A stretch of 64,000 bases of DNA from NCBI GenBank assembly GCA_013791785.1, contig VMTD01000047.1, forward strand, positions 1,704 to 65,703, given 5' to 3'. Below are positions 27,090-36,800 of the stretch, piece after piece. The stretch comes from Methanobacteriota archaeon. GTDB taxonomy: Archaea; Thermoplasmatota; Thermoplasmata; SG8-5. The first letter of the stretch is position 1. Each line of letters opens with the position of its first letter. The position numbers and the translations under genes were made by a program. A model generated the notes under the pieces. That model ran no database searches. It had not been told where the DNA came from and saw only the letters and a program-made list of their open reading frames with translations.

Positions 27090-27675
27090 GAATATTCTCA
27101 ATCGAAGTATTCTGAACACCGTGTTACAGTCGTTCTGGCTATTTCTCTCAATCCTCCTCCTGTTTATATTAATTCTCCTAATATATGTTCCCGGTCTTAG
27201 TGCCCCGGCTGTTCTATTGTCCATGTCCCCCGATCATAGCGGCACAAATCAACCAGGCAGTATTTTTTTTGCTCTCTGTTTAGTTGCAACTATCACAGCC
27301 CTGCACTTTTTGGAGAATGACAAAGCAATTAAGCTGTCTATCATACTATCATTCATGATAATGATCATACTCGGAAACAATCTATTCAACACCAGCGTTC
27401 CGGTCCCCCTTCATTTTTATGGGCTCTTTTTTGCTGTGGCCTTGATGATTATTTTTGATGCGTTTATTGTATCAGAAATCATTGCTACACCATCAGATAC
27501 CAAAAGGAAAATTCCCATGTCGTCCGATTTATCCGAGCGGATTAGCGATTACCTCACAGAATCAAATACGGACGATAATTTGATGAGATATCTTGACAGC
27601 CTTGAAGGAATCCTTATTGAAAGCGATTTAGAGTTTGAATTAGAACGGATTATTCAATCCTACAATTCTCCTTAG
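27076..27675 (+). CDS. integral membrane protein (199 aa), last gene of the surface-protein operon
   Basis: four or five hydrophobic helices; overlaps the upstream gene by 14 nt. Confidence 0.55.
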   Translation: MRMSENILNRSILNTVLQSFWLFLSILLLFILILLIYVPGLSAPAVLLSMSPDHSGTNQPGSIFFALCLVATITALHFLENDKAIKLSIILSFMIMIILGNNLFNTSVPVPLHFYGLFFAVALMIIFDAFIVSEIIATPSDTKRKIPMSSDLSERISDYLTESNTDDNLMRYLDSLEGILIESDLEFELERIIQSYNSP

Positions 27676-27895
27676 GTAATACATTTTTAGATTGCAGGAT
27701 AAAATTGGCGTTAGGTTAATAGTGTAGTAAATTTAGATAAAGTAAGGATAAGAAGCTAGGCTATAGTGGATTTTATATATTTCCAGCGTGGTGAGAAGAG
27801 GGGGGATGGCTCCACGGAGACACGTAACGGTGTAGAGAGGATGAAGGCAAGAGCAATATCCAAATCTTTATACCGAATTAATCAATTATGCCTTT

Positions 27896-28012
27896 CGGGA
27901 AGCATGAATCTGTTATGTGGGCAATTCCTATCACTATTATCTCTTCCCCACTAGGGCGAGGTCATTCTCTTTCCATAAGGGCTTAAGCCCAGGTCCTCGC
28001 CCCATTTTTTCC
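27896..28012 (+). repeat. repeat family C, copy C2, with terminator hairpin gggcgagg...cctcgcccc + T6
   Basis: 92% of the core is identical to 22436..22480; lies 220 nt downstream of the 27076..27675 gene. Confidence 0.6.
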
Positions 28013-28254
28013 CGCAAAATCATGCTTCCAGTTGTTTTTTATGATTTTGCGGAAATTCCAAAGACCCTGTGAATCATTAATGAAGATAGAACGTCGATTC
28101 ATGGCGAACGCTCATTATTGCATAGATTTAGTTTCCGCATTCACCGATTGCTTGCAAAATGATGGGAATTTATGGTGCTGGATTTAGTTTGTAATTGTTT
28201 CCGCATCATTGGCGAATGCGCCGTTTTCAAACGTTGCCAGCTGCATTCACCGCA

Positions 28255-28315
28255 CGTCGTAAATCTAAAATCTACAATCCCAAAATCGAAAATCGTTATA
28301 CATCTACAATCGACG
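28255..28315. repeat. repeat family B, solo right arm (copy B3)
   Basis: cgtcgtaaatctaaaatctacaatc..aaaatcgaaaatcgttata matches the right arms of B1/B2. Confidence 0.55.
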
Positions 28316-28377
28316 AGAATTGCATTCAACAACCGTCGCTGATTCGCCCCCACACTGGCCAACCCGGTCCAACGGCT

Positions 28378-28790
28378 GGTTCCAGCCCAGGCCATCATGC
28401 CCCGTCTGAATTGGAACATTTTGATAGCTGGAGGGCGGGGTATTCGCCATCGAATTTTCCGAATTCGATGTCGTGTGACACGATTCTCGCCATCATCCTT
28501 TTAAAGCCCCGCCTGTGAGGGCGGGGTTAGCTTAAACCGGCACACAACCCGGCCCCGGGGCTACGGCACCGGCCAACTCCCAAAGCACCCTTTCTCAGGT
28601 TTAACGGTGATGGCGCGCGCCTCCAATCCCAAATCGTCAGCTAGCCTGGGTGCCGTTGTTACCCCGGCCTTACAGCCGGGGCTTTGAAAACAGGGTGCCA
28701 ACAAAATGCCTTTTTGCCAACAATATGCTGTCACCCATACAGCCAATAGATTGAAACCCCGCCCTCACAGGCGGGGCATGCTACTTACTT
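28378..28790. repeat. repeat family D, copy D1: GC-rich ~410-bp element with CCCCGCC-N5-GGCGGGG hairpins and an atcgaatt/aattcgat palindrome
   Basis: the 5' ~130 bp and 3' ~40 bp are shared with 44290..44885 (gggcggggtattcgccatcgaatt..ccgaattcgatgtcgtgtgac; aaaccc.gccctcacaggc.gggcatgct). Confidence 0.7.
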
Positions 28791-29705
28791 CCCGCGCTCC
28801 TCCGTCACGACGTTCATAACCTTCTGGAGAAACTCGTTCCAGGTTTCTTGTGAATTTCTGAACTTCTCTGCGGCTTCTGAAACAAGTCCTGCAATCTCGC
28901 TGTTAATTTCAGAAGAGATTTTGCTCCAATTCACCAGCACCTCTTCGGTTTTACCCGGCACGAACATTTGATGCATTCCACCATCTGCCATCATTTGATA
29001 TGCATTTTCATCCGTTGTTATCTCCGTCAGCATTGTATTCATCCGGTTGGTGAAATCACGCCACGAGGATTGTATCTCCTTGTATTCATCAATCGTTGCC
29101 TCGCTGTTTTCAGCGAAGAACGCAGTGGTGTACCCGGACACTTCTTCATACTCCTTCTTGAGATCTTCGATGAGTTCAACTTGCTCTTGTCCGCTGGATG
29201 ATGCAATTCTGCTAATGAGTTCTGCAATTGTCCTCCATTTTCCGAATAACTTCGTATACTTACCGGTGCTCTTTTGTGTATTCTTGATTAGGGAGGCGTT
29301 CATCTTCCCGTAATGCTCGTTCCAGACGCCGGAGATTTGTTTGTATTGTTCCTTTCCGAAATCAGGCAGGATGCTTTCCCATAGGTTATCATTGAACTTC
29401 GACCACATCTCCCAGATGTTCGTATTGAATTTCTGCTGCTCACCTATCACATCGTTCATGCGAGTCAGTAAACCGAATTGCTGTTCAGTGCACAGGTTCA
29501 TTATCTCCCGCATGCGGTCCTCCGAAGTCACTTCCACCTTTGAATTGCCTTCCTCATGGTCCCCAGTGGTCTTCCACACTTTGGGATTGCTCTCTTCGCT
29601 CTTTTTCGTCCCCGAGGTTTCCACCACTTTTGGAATGCTCTCTTCGCTCTTTTTCGTTTGTTTCATGTTCTTTTTTGTCATGTTCATCCTCTCCATATTG
29701 TTCAA
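28785..29705 (-). CDS. Trp-periodic helical repeat protein (306 aa), paralog of 29702..30580
   Basis: six or more repeats of h-x2-W-x2-(F/Y)-x3-M-N-x-x-(I/L) every ~25-35 aa; N-terminal KKSEES.PKV repeats; translationally coupled to the upstream paralog. Confidence 0.65.
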   Translation of the reverse strand: MNNMERMNMTKKNMKQTKKSEESIPKVVETSGTKKSEESNPKVWKTTGDHEEGNSKVEVTSEDRMREIMNLCTEQQFGLLTRMNDVIGEQQKFNTNIWEMWSKFNDNLWESILPDFGKEQYKQISGVWNEHYGKMNASLIKNTQKSTGKYTKLFGKWRTIAELISRIASSSGQEQVELIEDLKKEYEEVSGYTTAFFAENSEATIDEYKEIQSSWRDFTNRMNTMLTEITTDENAYQMMADGGMHQMFVPGKTEEVLVNWSKISSEINSEIAGLVSEAAEKFRNSQETWNEFLQKVMNVVTEERGK

Positions 29706-30580
29706 TTCAACTTTTTCTCCAACTCCTCCACTTTTTTCTTCAGTTCCGAGATCTCATTGTGCAATGCGTGAGCACTCGGGAACCGGAACATCATGAGGTT
29801 TTTCTGGATGGCCCCCGTCCTTTCAAAATATGTTTGATAAAGGCTCTCAATATCGGTACCGAAATCCTTTGCCAAACTGGTAAACCATCCGTTCATCTTC
29901 TTGGTTTCGTTTATCCAAGTGGCATAGATGTCCTTGTAATGCGTTTTGTCGTCCTTGAAGAAACTTGTCATTGTTTCTCCGAATTTTTCGGACATGGATG
30001 ACCAGTGTGCGGAGAGTTCGTTGAGTCCGATTCCGTTTTGATTGGTTAAAGGAACCATAAGACTGTTCATCTTCTCGATGAAATCGCCCCACAGGTCAAT
30101 CATTTTTTGATGGTCATCATTACCTTTAACCATCAGTTTGTTTATATTGGCGTTCATATCGTTCGTAAAATCAAACCATGCTGTGTGAAGATCCGATACC
30201 GTGTCCTTTTCCGGTTTGCCACTTTTCAAAATGTTCTCCATTGTGTTCTTCGAGTACTCGCCATACATTTTCATCATTCTTTCTGCATTAGTCGAATTCT
30301 CGGAAACTATATTGTTCAGCCTGGCGCCAATCTTGTTGTTGTAGTTCTTCCAGACATTGAAAAGTTCTTTGTAATTGGATTGTTCCTCATTCGATGTTGG
30401 ATTTATTCTTGTCTCTAGACTCTTCGAAAAATCCACCCAGCCATTATAGAGTTTCTCGCATTCGGCATGGTTTTCCTCCAGGGCCGTGGTGATTTGATTC
30501 TCCAAAAGTTTGGAGTAATCTGTCCATTCGTTAAATATGCCCATAGTACTTGCTTTTTCCTCTTTTTCTGGTTTTACCAT
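29702..30580 (-). CDS. Trp-periodic helical repeat protein (292 aa) with a C-terminal coiled coil
   Basis: repeats FNEWTDYSKLLEN / YNGWVDFSKSLET / FNVWKNYNNKIGA / HTAWFDFTNDMNA / IDLWGDFIEKMNS / SAHWSSMSEKFGE / YATWINETKKMNG. Confidence 0.65.
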   Translation of the reverse strand: MVKPEKEEKASTMGIFNEWTDYSKLLENQITTALEENHAECEKLYNGWVDFSKSLETRINPTSNEEQSNYKELFNVWKNYNNKIGARLNNIVSENSTNAERMMKMYGEYSKNTMENILKSGKPEKDTVSDLHTAWFDFTNDMNANINKLMVKGNDDHQKMIDLWGDFIEKMNSLMVPLTNQNGIGLNELSAHWSSMSEKFGETMTSFFKDDKTHYKDIYATWINETKKMNGWFTSLAKDFGTDIESLYQTYFERTGAIQKNLMMFRFPSAHALHNEISELKKKVEELEKKLN

Positions 30581-30961
30581 ATTTTTACCTCCCTTATTTT
30601 ATTCTGGAATTGATGATTTGACTAAACTTAGATTCCCCCATTGATGTTCAACTCTTTTAATCGTAAATGTCCTGACCATATTAACTAACTTTTTCAAAAT
30701 TGAGTACAGATGATGTACACATCTTTTACACATGTTCAAAATTCAAAATGCATTGTACGCATAGAAAACCATCATGCACCAGCTCTCGGATGCTGCTTTC
30801 CCGAGGATGTTGAAAAAACCTACGACAGGAGCTTCGAAAAGTTCGCTGTACATATGCCGAGAAAGCCCAGCCCTGGGGGGCTGAGATGAATCGGCATAAG
30901 CAGTAAACTTCCAGTCCTGGCAACAAACGCCAGCCACTTTAGGGGCTGGTAGTTTACGTAA

Positions 30962-32305
30962 TTAATCCTTAAAGGCCCTTGCACATTCACCCAGAGCCTC
31001 GCACAATGTCGGATGAGGGTGCATTAGCTTTGCCAGGTCCTTGACTGTCATTTTTTTCTCTATTGCCAGCAATGCCTCGCCAATAAGATTGGACGACTCA
31101 TGGCCAACTATGTGGACACCCAATATCTGGCCGTTTTCTGCTGCCACGATTTTTACAAAGCCGCGTGTGTCATTCATGGCCAGTGCCTTACCAAGGGCTG
31201 CGAAATAATAACGTTTCACAATGGTACCTGGAATTCCTTTAGCCTCGGTTTCAGTCATGCCCACACTCGCAACCTCCGGGTCCGAATAGACCACATACGG
31301 TGTGAGCATCGAATAATCGGATTCTATTCCCATGATGGTATCAGCGACCATAAGCCCGTCCTGGGTGGCCTTGTGGGCCAGCTGTGCGCCTCCGATAACA
31401 TCACCGATTGCGAAAATTCCCGGTTGGGATGTCCCCATTTTTTCGTTAACGCGGATAAATCCCGCCTCATCAATTTCAATGCCAGCATCCTTCAATCCTA
31501 GGCCTTCTATGTTGGCCTTCCTTCCCACTGCAATCAATATTTTATCGAATGCCAGTGAATCTTCCGGGCAGGTATTTATGTGGACCTGCAATCCACCTGG
31601 TCCTGTTTCACCGCAGGTGGCCATCGAATTGACATGAATGCTTATGCCCAGTTCTTTCAAACTCCTGACTACAGCCCTCGAAACATCATCATCGGTGTTT
31701 GGCAGAATCTTGGCCAGCGCCTCAACCACAGTGACCTTTGAACCGAGTTTTGCCAGGAATGTGGCCATCTCAACTCCGATAGCACCGCCGCCGATTATGC
31801 ATATGCTCAGAGGCACTTCTGTCATGGCCAGTATATCCTCGTTGCTCAAAATTCTGGAATGGTCGAAAGTGAATCCAGGAATACTCCGGGGTACTGAGCC
31901 AGTGGCCAGTATGATATTTTCAGCTGAAAATTCTATGCCAGTGTCAAGTTTACCCCTTTTTCCGGGCATGAGGCTCGCCCTCCCAGAAATATATTCCACA
32001 CCTGCTTTCTTGCAACCAGCCAGTATATTGTCGATTGTCTTTTGGATAATGCCGTATTTCCATTCCTGGAATTTTACCAAATCTATTTTGGATGAGCAAG
32101 TTATTCCAATCTTTTCGTTTTCCTTGTTATAATACTGGCTTGCCATGTAGAGGAAGGCTTTTGAAGGTATGCAACCCGAATTCAAGCATACTCCTCCAGC
32201 TTTTTCGCTTTCAATGAGAATGACCTTTTTGCCGTGCTTGCTCAAACTCAAAGCAGCGGCGTATCCACCGGAACCTGCACCGATTACTATGACATCAGCT
32301 TCCAA
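30962..32305 (-). CDS. lpdA: dihydrolipoamide dehydrogenase-type FAD/NAD(P) disulfide oxidoreductase (TTG start)
   Basis: GAGSGG FAD motif; redox-active disulfide GGVCLNSGCIPSK; dimerisation-domain HPHPTLCEALGE; RBS aggagg 6 nt upstream of TTG. Confidence 0.8.
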   Translation of the reverse strand: MEADVIVIGAGSGGYAAALSLSKHGKKVILIESEKAGGVCLNSGCIPSKAFLYMASQYYNKENEKIGITCSSKIDLVKFQEWKYGIIQKTIDNILAGCKKAGVEYISGRASLMPGKRGKLDTGIEFSAENIILATGSVPRSIPGFTFDHSRILSNEDILAMTEVPLSICIIGGGAIGVEMATFLAKLGSKVTVVEALAKILPNTDDDVSRAVVRSLKELGISIHVNSMATCGETGPGGLQVHINTCPEDSLAFDKILIAVGRKANIEGLGLKDAGIEIDEAGFIRVNEKMGTSQPGIFAIGDVIGGAQLAHKATQDGLMVADTIMGIESDYSMLTPYVVYSDPEVASVGMTETEAKGIPGTIVKRYYFAALGKALAMNDTRGFVKIVAAENGQILGVHIVGHESSNLIGEALLAIEKKMTVKDLAKLMHPHPTLCEALGECARAFKD

Positions 32306-32369
32306 TCATTGCCTCCTAGCGATTTGTCAAATAGAGAAGGCTCAATGCATATATATTTGACGCCCCACC

Positions 32370-32630
32370 GTAAGAGTTCAGTCTTCTGAAATTTTAGATT
32401 TTAGATCTTAGATTTTAGATTTGTGCTGGGAATATGCTGTTTTGTCAATCTTTTTTAGTGATAAGTGATAAATGAAAAACTGAGTATTTTTGTCCTTGAG
32501 AGCCGATTCATTCATCATTTACCTCCCAACGTCACTTTTCACTATTCACTTTACACTTTTCACTAATCACTTCGGCCAGTCAATCCGTCGTAAATCTACA
32601 ATCGTCAATCTACAATCTACAATCGTTATC
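32370..32630. repeat. repeat family B, copy B2, with an expanded AT-rich ~150-bp core carrying nested inverted repeats (agtgataagtgataaatgaaaa / ttttcactattcactt...)
   Basis: left arm/leader ccgtaagagttcagtcttctgaaattttagattttagatcttagattttagat and right arm cgtcgtaaatctacaatcgtcaatctacaatctacaatcg. Confidence 0.7.
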
Positions 32631-32973
32631 GTTTCACTGAATACTAACACCCCATCTTCAGTTTGACCTATGTGAAAACAAGTTAAAATATTTCTATCAT
32701 TAAATAGTTAAACGTCATTCATCGGTCATATGATAGTCCTCGAGGACGATTTCAACCTGCGCCTTCTGAGGCATCCGGCCTCCGGAAACGCTGTCAGAGT
32801 AAACATCAACTCGCTGGCAAAGGACCTGGGCATGCACAGGACCGCGACCGGACAGTTCATATTGAAAATACCTGGATTACCCTATCCTAATTAGCTGAAT
32901 TACTGTTGACCAAATCACATATATACATGAAAAAGATACCTCGTGCCATCCCTCAAAGGGGGCATTAATTAAC

Positions 32974-33468
32974 ATGATAAATCATGATAACATCGCTAAC
33001 TTAGAAAATATAACAGATGCTGTATTAAACAGATACAATTATGAAAAACACTCTTTGATATCAATATTGCTCGATATTCAGACAAATTTCAATTATTTAC
33101 CAAAAGAAGCTATGATTATGGTTGCAGAAGAATTGAACATACGAGTCATTGATGTGTATTCCGTTGCCACATTTTACACGGTCTTCAGCTTGAAACCAAG
33201 AGGGAAATACATAATCAATGTATGCGTAGGTACAGCCTGCCATGTGAGGGGAGGACGCAGGATAGTTGATAAAATTCAAAAAGAACTGAATATCGATGTT
33301 GGTGAAACAACAGAAGATATGCAATTCACCCTCGAAACAGTCCGATGCCTCGGCGCATGTGCTCTGGGTCCTGTTATGGTAATTAATGGAGAATATTATG
33401 GTCAGTTGAGCACCAAAAAAGCAAATACAATACTACAATCATATAAAGTACAGGAGGCGGCGACATGA
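32974..33468 (+). CDS. NuoE/HoxE-like 2Fe-2S thioredoxin-fold subunit
   Basis: CVGTACHVRGG ... CLGACALGP four-Cys motif; RBS aagggggc upstream. Confidence 0.85.
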   Translation: MINHDNIANLENITDAVLNRYNYEKHSLISILLDIQTNFNYLPKEAMIMVAEELNIRVIDVYSVATFYTVFSLKPRGKYIINVCVGTACHVRGGRRIVDKIQKELNIDVGETTEDMQFTLETVRCLGACALGPVMVINGEYYGQLSTKKANTILQSYKVQEAAT

Positions 33469-33881
33469 TACATCTAAAACTCAAGTGCCACCATTGTGGA
33501 GAAAGCCTGATGGACCCAGATTTCGAGATTGACGACCATCCCAGTGTGAGAATTATTGTTGCATCTAATGGAGAAAAAGGAATATTACGCTTGAGCTCAC
33601 TCTATGGAAGTCACAAAAAAGATTCTGAATTAGATGTCCAAGAGGGAGAAATTGTTCGAATATTTTGTCCACATTGCAATGTCGATATGAAGAGTAGCAG
33701 GTTTTGTTATGAGTGCAAGGCACCCATGATCACATTTGAATCTCTTCTGGGTGGATATATTCGAGTATGCTCACGATGGGGTTGCAAGAAACAACTTGCA
33801 GAGTTTGAGAATTTGGAAACAGAGCTTAGGGCATTTCATGCGAAATATTCTCTCTCTCCTCAAGGGAGGGGGGAAAAATGA
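33465..33881 (+). CDS. double zinc-ribbon (4x CxxC) small protein translationally coupled between the hoxE-like and hoxF-like genes
   Basis: CHHCGE...CPHCNV...CYECKAP...CSRWGC; ATGA overlaps at both ends. Confidence 0.6.
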   Translation: MIHLKLKCHHCGESLMDPDFEIDDHPSVRIIVASNGEKGILRLSSLYGSHKKDSELDVQEGEIVRIFCPHCNVDMKSSRFCYECKAPMITFESLLGGYIRVCSRWGCKKQLAEFENLETELRAFHAKYSLSPQGRGEK

Positions 33882-36800
33882 CAGCAGAATTCAAAAATAA
33901 TGATGATATAAATAAATTAAGAAACATAATCAATAAGAAAAAAGATTCAAACAAGACATTTATTACAATGTGCTCTGGAACGGGATGCTTGGCTTCCGGC
34001 AGTGGAAAAGTTACTGAAGCCTTTAGAAATTCGTTTAAAAAAATGAATCTTGAAAGCAAGGTCGAGGTTAAAACAACTGGCTGTCATGGTTTTTGTGAAC
34101 ATGGCCCCCTTATCGTGATCCGCCCTTCTGGTATATTTTATCATAAAGTAACACCAGAGGATGTGGATGAAATCATTTCGGAAACTATTCTCAAATCCAA
34201 AGTAGTCGACCGTTTGTTATATGTCAATCCATCAACAGGGGAAAAAATCATTTATGAAAAAGACGTTCCATTTTATAATAAACAAATGAGAATCCTTTTT
34301 GGTAAAAATGGCATCCTTGACCCCACTAGTATCGAAGAATATATCGGTCTGGGTGGTTATTCCGCTTCAGAAAAGGTATTTTCCCGAATGTCATCAGATG
34401 AGATTATTGACGAAGTAAAAAAATCAGGCCTTAGAGGTAGAGGTGGTGCAGGATTTCCAACTGGTTTTAAATGGGATTTCTGTAAAAAAGCAAAGGGCGA
34501 TATGAAATACATTGTATGCAATGCTGATGAAGGAGACCCTGGCGCATACATGAATAGAAGCTTGTTGGAAGGAAATCCACACAGCGTTCTGGAAGGAATG
34601 TTAATCGGTGCATTTGCCATTGGTGCATCCGAAGGCATCATTTACATTAGACATGAATATCCGTTAGCAGTAAAAACAATTGAAAACGCCATGGATCAGA
34701 TGCGAAAATATGGCTTGCTTGGTAATAATATATTAGGATCAGGTTTTAATTTTGACATAAGGATTGTTCCTGGCGCCGGTGCATTTGTTTGTGGTGAAGA
34801 AACAGCACTTATCGCATCAATAGAGGGGAAAAAAGGAGAGCCCAGACAGAGGCCACCTTTCCCAGCTCAAAAAGGAATCTTTGGCAAACCCACGAACATA
34901 AACAATGTTGAAACATGGGCAAATATACCATTAATCATCAACAATGGTGCAGAGTGGTTCACTAATATTGGAGTTGAGGGAGCCAATGGCACAAAAATAT
35001 TTTCTTTGGTTGGAAAAATAAACAACACAGGCTTGGTAGAAGTTCCATTGGGTACCACAATAAGGGAAATGGTATATGATATTGGTGGTGGAATACCCAA
35101 GGGCAAAAAGTTCAAAGCAATACAAACCGGAGGTCCTTCTGGAGGGTGCATACCTGAGAACTTGCTTTCAACACCAATTGATTATGTAAAACTAGCTCAA
35201 GCCGGTTCAATAATGGGTTCCGGCGGTCTTGTAGTAATGGATGAAGATACCTGCATGGTAGATGTGGCAAAATATTTCCTTGGATTTCTTCAGGAGGAAT
35301 CCTGTGGCAAGTGCCTCACATGTAGAGAAGGAATAGAGAGGTTATTGGAAATTGTAACTGATATTACTGAAGGCAAAGGCAAAATGAGTGATATCAATTT
35401 ATTGGAAGAGCTTGGCAATGTTGTTAAAGATGCTTCAATGTGCGGACTTGGCCAAACAGCCCCCAATTCAGTACTTTCGACATTGAGATACTTTATGGAT
35501 GAATATGAACAGCACATCAAATACAAAAGATGCCCTGCTGTAGTCTGTAAGGAAATTATATCCTCGCCATGCCAACATGTTTGTCCGATAGATACAGAAG
35601 CACCTTTGTACATCTCTCTGATAGCCGAAGGACGGTATGAAGAGGCCTTCAATGTTATTATGAAAGATAATCCTCTCCCATCAGTCTGTGCCAGAGTATG
35701 TAGCCATCCCTGCGAGACAAAATGCCAGGCAGGCAAATTCAGCGATCCTATTTCTATCAGAGGACTAAAGAGATTTGTAACTGATTATGCCCAGAAGAAT
35801 GATTTGAAATACTTGCCTGAAAAACAAGAAACAAAGAAAGAAAAGATTGCGATCATCGGTTCAGGACCCGCTGGATTGATTGCGGGCTACTACCTTGGAA
35901 TGAATGGATACCAGACTACGATTTTTGAATCCTTGCCAGTTCATGGTGGCGCATTGTCAGTATGCATTCCCGAGTACAGATTGCCCCAGGCTATACTTGA
36001 ACATGACATTAAAAATATTACAAACATGGGTGTGGAAATAAAATACAATGTTACGGTAGGCAAGGACATTTCATTTGAAGAACTGCGAAAAACCTACCAG
36101 GCAATATTTATTGCGACAGGCGCACGCAAGTCCATTAAATTGGGCATACCCAATGAGGATGCTGATGGGGTACTTTATTCCATGGACTTCCTAAGAGATA
36201 TGGCTCTCGGAAAAAAGATCAATGTCGGTTCACGAATAGGCATTATTGGGGGCGGAAATGCTGCGGTGGATGCAGCCAGGATGGCCAGCCGTATTTCAAG
36301 TATCGAAGAGGCCTCGTTCAATGCTATGATAGATACAGCCGGAATGGCCAGCCGCCTTACGGATTTTGAAGAAGCCACATTGATATACCGGAGAACCAAA
36401 TCCGAAATGCCTGCCTTCGAAGAAGAAATAAAAGCATGCCTGGATGAACGTGTCAAGATGCAGTTCCTTACTGCACCTAAAAGAATATTGGTCAAGGATG
36501 GAAAAATCACTGGATTAGAATGCCTAAAAATGGAATTGGGAGAACGGGACGATTCTGGCAGAAAGAGACCCATCCCCATCGAGGGCTCTGAATTCATAAT
36601 TGAATTGGACACATTGATTATCGCAATCGGTGAACGGCCGGACCTTTCCTTTTTAGATGAAATAGAAGGATTCGAGGTCAATAAGGGAGACACTATCAAA
36701 GTTGACACAGAACTCTACACAACAGGGATAGATGGTGTTTTTGCAGGTGGTGACGTGGTAACTGGCCCGAATACAGTGATTGAGGCCATGGGATCTGGAA

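Noticed and set aside
30962-32305. Dihydrolipoamide dehydrogenase as part of a 2-oxoacid dehydrogenase or glycine cleavage operon
   Set aside because: No E1, E2 or GcvH/P/T genes are adjacent. The flanks are repeat elements (A4, B2). I annotated it only as an orphan lpd-type flavoprotein.
32400-32600. Replication origin (ORB-flanked DUE) at repeat B2
   Set aside because: Related elements occur three times within 20 kb, there is no orc1/cdc6 gene nearby, and the arms do not match known ORB consensus. I kept it only as a low-probability note within the B2 finding.
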